The notes below the pieces were generated by a model, which saw nothing but the letters and a program-made list of their open reading frames with translations, had not been told where the DNA came from and made no database searches. The position numbers and the translations under genes are program-made. Positions 54,104 through 64,000 of a stretch of 64,000 bases of DNA are shown here, piece by piece (position 1 is the first letter of the stretch; every line of letters begins with the position of its first letter). The DNA comes from Octopus vulgaris (taxonomy: Eukaryota), in assembly GCA_951406725.2 (NCBI GenBank), contig OX597814.1, positions 169,074,001 to 169,138,000 of the forward strand, written 5' to 3'.

Positions 54104-55292
54104 AAGTACAATATTCAATGCCAACCTCCAAAAATTCGGCTGTTTAGCATTAAAAGAAAGATATCTGTTGTAATGACATTTGATGAACTACTTTCAAGCA
54201 TTTACATATACGTATACTTTTGGATTTTACTGGATTATCTTGGTTTGATTATCAATCCTGCACCTGTATTTAGCTAAAACTAAAAGATCGCAGTCATTTT
54301 CCTACTATTTACTTTTGAAAATTGTTCTTGACTTTGTATCTTGCTACGTAAACTGAAGCACAAGTTTGAGAAACAGTATTATCTTAGTGAAAAGCAAAAC
54401 TTTTAGATGAGATGCTAGACATTCATGTTAAAATGTTGCATGTCGTATTTTTAGACTCTACGTAGGTTTTTGTACACTAGACTGATAAATACAGGCTTAT
54501 ATCATCATTTATGCTAACCAATCTCTATTGAATTCTTGACAGATGTCTCGTCGCTGTTTCGACAGAAATTATCATACACCAGCATACCGTTTTTGTTAAA
54601 AGAATTTCACGTCATTTTTAGAATGTCTACTAAATTTAAACTTAACACTATTTCCTTGTTCCGACCACGCGTCAAGTTTTGTTTTGTGATGCCAATATAT
54701 TACCGTCTGATCAACGTTACAGTGTCGTGCTGGTTGAATGGGTATTTATAGATTGGAATTAAATTTAGCCGCGTGTGTCCCATAATAAATCAACTCCAAA
54801 CGTTGTTGAAATAACACTTATTTTTATCGAAGTATATTACAATATATACAATTTTAATTGTAGCTTGCCAATAATGTAAAGTGTGTTTAGAGACGAACGC
54901 AGTTTATAATTATATAACAGAACGGATTAGCTTCGCGTGAGAGGCGCGAATAATGCTTTGATCATCCTAGTTGAAGAATCCTTTTAACTCGGACCTGAGC
55001 TTCAACCAAGGAAAACTTGTCGATGTAAAGGGATTGTTGCTTGTGCTTCTGAAATACCAGCCTCTCTCTCTCGCTTATTACTAAAGTAGTGAGACCCATT
55101 TCTATTAAAGCATTTTGTCGACTAGCCTTTCATAGGCTCCACACTTTAATCTTTAATAATTGGTCGTTTGCCCTATCATGTGAGCTTGGAGCATTTGGTT
55201 GTGTCCTGTATTTTGATTGGTCGAATATTGAGTGGAATATGGATCCCGGATTCAAACACGTTGTGCGTAATATTTTCTAAATAACTAACCTG

Positions 55293-55692
55293 GGATCTTT
55301 TCAGTTTGAACGGCAGTTTTTTTAGAATAATTTCCACGTAACTAAACACTTCTAAACTTCGTATACTGGTAGAATGTGTTTATAAAACATCTTTTTCTCT
55401 TGGCTTTATTGATAAAATTCTACAGTTTGTAAGATATTTGTTGTTTTTTTTTTCCTTCAATTTCTGCAATTTCAAACCAATCAATGAGGTGAAAACATTC
55501 TGTGCCGTATGAATATGTCCCTCGTTTAAGAAACAGATTGGGTTTATTTACATTCGTGAAGAAAAAAAGATACCCTTCCCCCTAACCCTAAAACAGATTG
55601 AAATGCAATAGATCGATACTAGGGTCATAATTATAAGTGACAATTTCATATGACACCGTTAGGAAAAACTGCCGTTCAAACCGAAGAGATCC
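55293..55692. mobile_element. Merlin-type MITE
   Basis: Same family as 15355-15809; TSD CTAACCTG/CCAACCTG. The empty site is visible in the paralogous segment near 47165. Confidence 0.9.
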
Positions 55693-56801
55693 CCAACCTG
55701 ATCTGTCGCTGGGAGCTTACGTCTTTCTATATATAGCCTTAACAAAAACTCTATGACAGAGAGATGAGGGAATTCCAGAAGGATGCGACATGATATTTTC
55801 CTGCTATTATAACGAAGCATTTGTAACCAACGACGACAATAGCTGAATTATCCAAACAATGTCTGAACTATACAACCATCATGATCCGTGATGTGTTATT
55901 TGGTCCACTGTATAATTTAGCAGAGAAATAAAGTCTAGCTGTTATTTTAAAGTTTGTTTCATGTTTTATTTCCACGACTTAACATGCAACACGTTATATG
56001 ATGGTATCCAAGATTCCGTCGTAAATTATGAGAGACTTTATAACCACTCAGCTAAACTAAGAATTGACTCGTTATTTATTTGTGTGGCGAGAGGTGAGGA
56101 TATTGTGTTCATGGTACGTGCTCGGTGAAATGCTGTGAAACACAGGTCGCGCAGAATCCAAGCATCCTGAGTTCGTCTCTCAACCCTGGAATCTGCTCGA
56201 ACATCTGCGATAGTTCTAGCGCGCTTTCGCTTTTATAAACACCTCTATGCGGAAGCTTCAGAAAATTCTATAATATGGCTGATATTTCGATTTCTTTATT
56301 TTGTAGAGCCTCCATCCTTTGCTAATTATCAGAAACTAGCAAGTGTAATATTTGTTTTACAATTAGCATCTGCTAAACTTGAATGTTACGCCATTACAAA
56401 AAATGCACATGCTAAAATGGCAAAGAAGAAATAGTGTGGTTTCGCCTATCGGTTTTCCAAAAGAGTGATATCTAATATAAGACAGTCGAAGTAGGTACGG
56501 GAGCAGGCTAGGAATACACTCTGAAACAAAAAAAAATTCTTATAGATAGTCGAGTTGGCAAGGTACTGGTTAATCAATCGCGTGGTCAACGGTTTGTAAC
56601 CAGTATCCGTGACCGAGGACCTCAATACTGAAAGACAGAATAAATCTAACTCCAAATATGTACCATAGAGTGAAATAGTTGTCTATCGAAGTTGACAACT
56701 GCTTGGTATTGTTGTTAATGATTCAGTGATTTGCAATTCTTTTTAACTCCAGGTAAAGCCGACTAAAGCGCTAGTTCAAGGTATTCGCGTAATATGGAAA
56801 A

Positions 56802-57803
56802 GTGTCTGCTCCTGAGAAGGTGGAGGACTATCTGAGTCAGAGAGCTTGGGACAACGTAATTTCGAAGGCCACCTTCGACTCCCTCTTCATTCAGTCAGAT
56901 CAGTTTTCAAGGTGCCGCTTACTGACTGCTAGCGCCAAACACTCAGGTGACTGGATTGATGCCATCCCTGCGGCTAATGTTGGTGGCCTACTCAGCTTGG
57001 ACGAACTTCGTGTCTCCATTGCTCTCAGAGTGGGAGCTGACGTATGCACGGGTTTGATCTGTCGTTGTGGCAGGCTCCTCGACTCCACAGGCCTCCATGG
57101 CCTTTCTTGTCGCCTGAATGGTGGTCGCTTCGCGCGTCATTCGCAGTTGAACCTGATACTCAAGAGAAGCATGGCCCAGGAAAACGTCCCCTCCATCTTG
57201 GAACCATCTGGATTGTCCAGATGTGATGGGAAGAGACCTGACGGCCTCACCCTGTGCCCTTGGTCGCAAGGCAGATGCTTTGTTTGGGATGTCACAGTTA
57301 GCGGCTCCTTTGCTTCTTCTCACATCCTTCATGCCGCGGTCAGGACGAGATCCTCAACTTCTGCAGCCGAGCGGAACAAAGTCCTGAAATACCGCGATCT
57401 GTCGGCCAACTACATTTTCCATCCTGTGACGTTCGAGACTTTTGGTGGGGTCAGACCACTAGCTGCAAGATTCCTGTCTTCACTGGCAACTCTCCTTGCA
57501 GAGGTAGCTGGCGAAGCTCGTGAGGGCACTTGGCTGTTCCAGCGCATCAGCATCGCCATCACCCGCAGCAACGCTTCAAGCGTGCTGGCGTGTCTCAATA
57601 ACCATTAGAAAGGTTTCCCAGCGCTCCCAACTTTTTAACCCCAGGTGGTGAATTGTTTTTTCTTCCTTTTTTCTCTTTCTTCTTTCTCACTTTTTTTTCT
57701 TTTTTCTTTTTAATTTTTTCTATTGTATTCTCTGTTCTGTCCAGTTTTCTAGTTTGATTTTGTTAAACGGTAAACACTGTGAAGGCAATAAAATACATAC
57801 AAA
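56802..57803 (+). mobile_element. CRE-clade-like non-LTR retrotransposon, 5'-truncated (CCHC finger plus restriction-like endonuclease; ORF 56802-57608)
   Basis: GDWIDAIP, LRVSIALRVG, CRC..HGLSC, RH, GKRPDG, WDVT, AE.NK..KY, ETFG, LFQRISIAITRSNA. T-rich 3'UTR and AATAAA. Confidence 0.85.
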
Positions 57804-58536
57804 TTGGTGGAAGTTACTAAATGCCTAAAAATTGTTCCTTGCAACTGTAGGCGCAGTTACCACCCTTGACAGCAGGTTTAAAGCAAGCTCGCTAGATAGG
57901 CTAGAGTGTGAGTTTCTGACACGAGGCCTTACGACTTTCTCTTTTCCCGCTAAGACGTCAGACCGTAGATACGTGATCTAGTTGTCTCTCTCACACTACA
58001 TACCATCTAGCAGACAGGAATCAATAACCTCCACGCTTCAACCATTTCCAGTTGTCATTCAGCTGCTATAATATATATGTGTGGCCGTCATTAAAGACAT
58101 TTAAAGTTACAGCCTTGTTTCATATATATTTTTTATACCGTGTTCCTGTCAAATGACATTACCGCCGTCTGAAGAGAGTCATGTTTAGATGGTGTTGGTA
58201 TCATGGCTGTGGATCCATCTAAATAACTACCGTATTGTTATATTTTGTGAAGCAATGTTGTAAGAAAGAAGAAAATAAATGAATAAAAACCAGTAAGATA
58301 GTAATTCTATATTGTAGTGGTGTTGATCGCCCCCCCCCCATCGCCTTATTGGATCAGTCATACAAGGCGATGCAATGAAAAGGCTCGACCACGACGCCCT
58401 TGACCTCCAATACGAAACGAAAGCGATGCAGAAAATGGAAGCATCTTAGCAGTCGCACGTGTAAGCAATGATTATAGAATATACTGTAAAATGGTAATTA
58501 AATCTGTTTAATTAAGCTTAATAGTCTTCACATGTA

Positions 58537-58574
<38 letters not shown>

Positions 58575-58974
58575 TACACACACACACACATGCAACACAT
58601 ACACACGTACTATAAAATTAATTAAATCAGTTTAATCAACCCAAGTGTTTTATGTTTATAAAATATATTAATATTATAAAATGGTAATTAAAATTTTTTA
58701 ATTAATCTTAGTAATCACCACGCGTAACAATGCATATAAAGAAATGTATTGTGAGTCGAGTCGTTGCTAAGAAAGCTTCCATTCCCAACGCCAGTTTTGC
58801 ATCAAAAGTCAAGGTCGATGTGCTTGACTTTTTCACGCGTGACAGTACTGTCATCAAAAGGTGTTTCAATTGACCGCCCCATCATTTTTTTTTTGATTTT
58901 TAGCAAATTTGTCTCTAATATTATTTACGTCCTTTGGTTTTTTTATTTTTCGGACTGTGTGTATAGGTGGAGGA

Positions 58975-59311
58975 GGAAACCCCCATTCGGTCATGAATGA
59001 CCATGGGATTGCACCTAGAAAGTTACCTTCCGAGGCACAAGTCAGGGCAAGATTGTTTGCGGAAGGCCAACAATCGCCCATGCATACCAGCCTCCCCTCT
59101 CTACACCACTGATGTTATCCAAAGGAAAGGCAAAGGCCGATACAGCTTGACATCACTGATGTCGCAACCCATTTCTACAGCTGAGTGAACTGAAGCAACG
59201 TGAAATAAAGTGTCTTGCTCAAGAACACAACACGCAGCCCGGTACGGGAATCGAACTCACAACCTCACGATCGTTGGCTCTACGCTCTAACCACTGAGCC
59301 ATGCGCCTTCA
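58975..59311 (-). mobile_element. Family D SINE
   Basis: Intact tRNA-like head on the minus strand (GGCGCATGGCTCAGTGGTTAGAGCG...GAGTTCGATTCC). Confidence 0.88.
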
Positions 59312-59859
59312 CTAGTGTGTATAAGAATATATTATAAAATGTGTCTGTGTTGATCTAAAAGTGATAAAGTGTGATTTGAAGGGTGTTCTAGCAAGACAAA
59401 TGACAACCGTCTTTGTAGCCGTTTCCAGTATTAATTGAACAGACGTATGTATCAAGCATTTCAGCCATAATTATATTATTTACTCCCGTTTTTTATACAT
59501 AATGTATCGCGAAGTACATCATCCGATGTGTTTTATTTTTAAGACGTCTGGATGTGGGTTAGTGGGATAGTTTGCTACTTCTATCAGGTCGAACAACCCC
59601 ATAAAGACTTCTTCCTTAGTTTGTCCTTTTGAGCTTATGTTCTGATTCGAAGCTTCGTTGGTTCTTCACAATGAGTAATAATCTTTTAAAAGCTCATTGT
59701 TACTTGCGATTTCTGAATATATTCAAGGGCGTCTATTTTCACTTCGCATGAATTGAACTATTACAATAATATAACGTACACATTTTTTTGCGTAATTCTT
59801 CGCAAAAAAAGTTTTATTGGGCAAAAAAAAATTAACATGCTTAGTCGACCGCTTCAAGT

Positions 59860-60085
59860 ATAACCTTAACCTACACCCCTAACTTTAAATTCTAATTCTA
59901 ACCCTGAACCTTAAAGCACAATTCTAACCCTAAACCCCAAACCTAAACCCTAATTCTAACCCTAAACCTCGACTCTAACTTTAAACACTAAACTCTAATT
60001 TTAAATCGAAACCCTAACGCTAAAACCTAATCTCTTACTCTAAACAAACTGTACCTTAGGGTTTAGAATTGTAAACCCTAACGTA
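59860..60085. repeat. Degenerate (TAACCC)n-like array
   Basis: Read directly; similar tracts lie inside Merlin-type MITEs in this window. Confidence 0.7.
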
Positions 60086-60553
60086 CAGTTTGTTCTGTAT
60101 AATTTTGCAAAAAGATTTCGTTGAAGATTTTTTTTCATTAATGCCAGTTCAACTGTTTCACATGACTTTATTCATTAGAACTTATTAAAATTATAAAAAC
60201 TTCTTACAACTTTCGTCATCGTAATGTTTTGTTTTCATTTTGTGTATCACAAATACCAGCTTCCAAATTCTGTTTTCTGATTGGATAAACATTATCAAAC
60301 TTAATTAAACCTCTGTAACATTTTTCTGAATTTTTTTTTTCTTCTGAAACAAGTGAATAACAAAATCAGATTTAGCGTGAAAAATTACATCAATAATCAA
60401 ATTTTAAAATTTCCTTTCAATTTTGGAATAAAAAAAAAAGAGAAAAGAAACTGGCAGCAAAAAAAAAAAAAAAAAAAAAAAAGACCTGTATATCATGAAG
60501 TACGTCTTTCGTTTTTCTAAGGTGTCAGAGGAGTGCAGCTCGAGATATATTCC

Positions 60554-61010
60554 AGACAGAAATACAATCGTGTAAGAGTTGCTACAAAGGCTGTGGGTTT
60601 TCGGCGGTGTGTGTTGCGAGACGTGGCAGGTGTGATGCTATAGAACTCACTATATCTCTCTGAGTTTATGTGGCGGTTCAGATACGATAAGCGTGACGTA
60701 TTTCAGAGAATCTTGTGGAGGCGCGTGGCTTAGTGGCTAGGGTGTTGAACTCATGATCGTAAGGTTGTGGTTTCGATTCGATTCCTGGACCTGGTGATGC
60801 GTTGTGTTCTTGAGCAAAACACTTCATTTCACGTTGCTCCAACAGTCCGCTCAGCTGGCAAAAATGAGTAATCCTGCGACGGACCGGCGTCCCGTCCAGA
60901 TGGGGAATTTCTACGCCACTGAAACCGGGAATCCGGCCCTTATGAGCCTGGCATGGCTCGAGAAGGAACATTTTTTTTTTCAGAGAATCTTGCAGTGCAT
61001 CACCAAATTT
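60554..61010 (+). pseudogene. Merlin (ISXO2/IS1016-like) transposase remnant, internally deleted and SINE-interrupted
   Basis: RQKYNRVR, (frameshift) WVFGGVCCET, YLSEFMWRFR...FQRILQCI. Confidence 0.7.
60717..60972 (+). mobile_element. SINE with a family D-like head and a family C-like tail
   Basis: TSD TTTCAGAGAATCTTG. Confidence 0.85.
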
Positions 61011-61074
61011 CAGTCAACATTAATTAATACTGCTTTATTTTCTTTCATTCCTTGTTTTATTTCATTCAAATTAT

Positions 61075-61677
61075 TTTCTTTCAACAACAATGCCGAAGTT
61101 GTTGACATCTTCACTTATCTTGGCAGTGTGATCCTTAGCAGCGAATCCGAAGTCGTAAAGAGACTTGGACAGACTGGTGCAGCCGTAGATATGGTGAACT
61201 TAGCACGGTAGAGGTAAAGAATACGCACACCACCCATTTTCGGCGTAACCCTAATCCTAACCCTAACCACCAAAAACGGATCGTGTGCGAATTCTTTACT
61301 TTCGCACTTACCACTGCCAATATCCGAGCAGGAGGAGAAAGGTTCTGGTTTTCAGGTCTCTGGTCCTCCTTCTCTTACTCTATATTGCGAGACTTAGATA
61401 TTTTCCGGGACCCTTAGGATCCGCCTGAACTCTTTTGGTACCAAGATGCTTCACGGGATTATGGGTTACCATTGGTCGGATTTGATAGCCAACTAATAAC
61501 TACACTCAATAACCAGGATGTATCCCGTTACTTGTATGGAGAAAGTATCTCGCAGAGATGAGGACTGACTGAGACTCTGCTTGGAGGGCAACCCAGGATG
61601 ACCCAAGTAAATACTGACAAATAGGATGCAGCGACGTGCTGCAATGGTGTTATGTCCCCATGCCTAATCTGACCAAA
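61075..61677 (+). mobile_element. RTE-clade LINE 3' remnant
   Basis: EVVDIFTYLGSVI...EVVKRLG and LNSFGTKMLHGIMGYHWSD; decayed. Confidence 0.65.
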
Positions 61678-61721
61678 CAATTTTCTTTCAATAAAAGTTT
61701 TTCATCTTTAGAAATCATTTG

Positions 61722-62411
61722 GGATCTTTTCTATTTGGCTGCACCTTTGCAAAAAAGTTTAGGGAAATTTTTAGAATTTGGTGTATAGATGTAATTTTCC
61801 ATGCTGAGTATCAGGATATAATTCACTTTTTCTAGAAAAAAATTTGAAAAAAGTAAGAAAACAGGATTTAGAAGATGTCATTTTGTGCGTGTCTACACGG
61901 GTTGTCAACTGTAAACAAATGATATACTGGTGGAATTCTCCTTTATGCACGCCATATAACCCCTCCTTTTTATTTTTTGGAATTTTCAGAAAATTTTTGC
62001 GAATTTGTATTCTACGCATGAGAATTCATATGATTAAGCAAAAACCAAAAAAACTTCTGGTGCGTGAATTAAAGCCTATTTAATTGTTATTTTTAACACA
62101 TCTCATGCCACATGTGTTTTAAGCATTTAATAAGCAACAAAAAGAGCATATGGTAGGCAGCTTGGTAACAGCTTGTCTTGCTACTATGGAAACAGACACC
62201 TATATGTCTGTGGCTTTTGATTGGCTAGAATTACCCAAAAATTGCAAACTTTAAAAGCTATTAACTCTCTATTTATTGATTTATAGCGAAAATGAATTTC
62301 ATGTCAATGAAATTGACAAACATTACAAAACTACACCAATACGTCAAATATGAAATCAATTGGAACAAAAATTGAAGAAATTGAAAAGTGGCTGCAAAAT
62401 AGAAAAGATCC
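61722..62411. mobile_element. Merlin-like MITE (GGATCTTTTCTATTT TIRs)
   Basis: TIRs clear, no TSD recognised; related fragment at ~23397. Confidence 0.65.
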
Positions 62412-63048
62412 TGTGCCTGCCCCATCGACTTTGTTTCCTCATAATTTTCAGAAAAACGGATATTTTTAAAAGAAATTTCATACCTTTTAGAAGGTGCAAG
62501 TTTTGATTATGTCGTGATTTGTTATAAAAAGTGTTTTTTTTCTTTTTTCTTTTTTTTGAGGAGTGACGAGTTATTCACGAGTCGACTTTGTTTCCTCATA
62601 ACTTTCAGAAAAATGGATATTTTTTTGAATGAATTATTCTACAAATACCTTTCAGATGGTGTAGATTACGATTACATCGAAATTCAATGTAAAAAGAGAA
62701 AAACAAATTGTAGGTGCAAGCACATATATATGAACAAGATAAATCTTCAAATTTTCTAAGATTTCATTAAAAAAAATATTCATTTTTCTAAAGGTTATTA
62801 AGAAACAATGCCGGGTAGACAGTACACTTGTGTAGGTATGTCTCGTTTTTATTACTAATTTCGTATTCTTTCATTTAATATCCTTCATTTATACATCTGT
62901 GTCCCTCCTCCCAACAAAAGCAGAACAGATTGCTTGTGACCAGCAGTTCTGACTTCTAGTTTCTCAAAAATGGTCTCATCTGATTGGCTGAAATCCCCTC
63001 AAATTTCTGTTTTAAGTCTACAAACTTCTTTAGTTTAAATTTCTGGGG

Positions 63049-63081
<33 letters not shown>

Positions 63082-63090
<9 letters not shown>

Positions 63091-63450
63091 GCATATATGG
63101 GTACAGGACATAAAAAAAAACGTTGTGCACAATGAGAAACGAAAACATAAAAACAAAAACATAGAAACGAACTTTTTTCGAACAACAAAAAACAACACAG
63201 AAACGAGACATGCAACATAAAGAATATTCCTCTTCTTCAGTTGTCCCTGTTTCATCTACTCCATGTTTTGAAGGCAAGGACAATATGCAACTTCATTGAA
63301 ACAGTCCTTCCTGCAAAGCAAATTAAATAAAATTTGGGATTTTTTGTGGACAGTCAAAGAGGTAACAAGAACAGGACAGTGAGAACAAAACAGTAAAAAC
63401 AAATGGTGAGGGCTGTTAAGCCAAGATGATAGAAAAATTGTATAGTATAT
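63082..63450 (-). mobile_element. Family P1 repeat
   Basis: Reverse-complement homology to ~9630-10020; CpG-decayed permuted hammerhead-like motif at 63229-63289. Confidence 0.75.
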
Positions 63451-63844
63451 ATATATACTATTATGATTTTTGCAATTAGCATAAAAACTACATGTGTAAA
63501 GATTTTTCAAAAAATTTGGATATGGTGTGTGAAACTGAATTTACTTGAAACTAAGGATAAATAAATAAATAATAAAAGGCAGAAAAATTTAGAAGCAAAA
63601 AAGTGGGGATAAGATGAATTAAAATTTTGAAAGGATTTTTGGGGCAAAATTTTAATCTGCACTCTGAGGAAAACCTACATATCCGAAGAAATTCAAAACA
63701 GAAAATAGCAGCAATATTATTCTGTGACATGCCCACCTAGAAGAGGAACACACACACATGCATGCATGTATATAATTAAATGGAGAGAAGAATGAAGACA
63801 TATGTATGCTCATAATACATACTGAAGGGTACCTTGCTGAATGC

Positions 63845-64000
63845 ATCATCATCATCATCATCATCATCATCAATCTCATTTAACGTCCACTTTCCATGCT
63901 GGCATGGGTTAGATGGTTTGACTGAAACTGGTAAGCTGGAGGGCTGCACCAGGTTCCAGTCTGATTTGGCGTGGTTTCTACAGCTGGATGCCCTTCCTAA
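63845..64000 (-). mobile_element. 3' end of the (ATG)n-tailed retroelement
   Basis: Homologous to 31670-31810. Confidence 0.75.

Noticed and set aside
59240-59311. tRNA-like sequence (also other SINE heads)
   Set aside because: Continues into SINE body and tail and lacks a clean cloverleaf; a SINE head, not a tRNA gene.
59860-60085. Telomere or chromosome fusion site
   Set aside because: Short and degenerate; similar tracts are internal to MITEs in this window.

Overview
AT-rich, microsatellite- and transposon-saturated animal genomic DNA. The SINE families and (TA)n/(CA)n/(TAA)n load suggest a cephalopod such as Octopus (inference). No complete protein-coding host gene is present. Host-derived pieces are a divergent full-length U6 snRNA copy (12570-12676, minus) fused directly to a SINE, and an isolated Cullin-3 C-terminal coding fragment (47799-47930). 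The rest is mobile DNA: several tRNA-derived SINE families, pogo, mariner, hAT and Merlin-type DNA transposons and MITEs, Helitrons, LINE remnants (Tx1-, CR1-, RTE-, R4/Dong- and CRE-like), and non-coding TA-flanked elements carrying hammerhead ribozyme motifs. The most unusual signal is a hammerhead-like motif whose three strands occur in the non-canonical order [stem III'-NUH-stem I'] -> [stem II'-GAAA-stem III] -> [stem I-CUGANGA], matching none of the type I/II/III circular permutations. It occurs four times in two unrelated repeat families (636-690, 9810-9870, 49966-50025, 63229-63289), with compensatory changes in stems I and III and near-constant spacing. All alignments were done by eye; no databases were searched.
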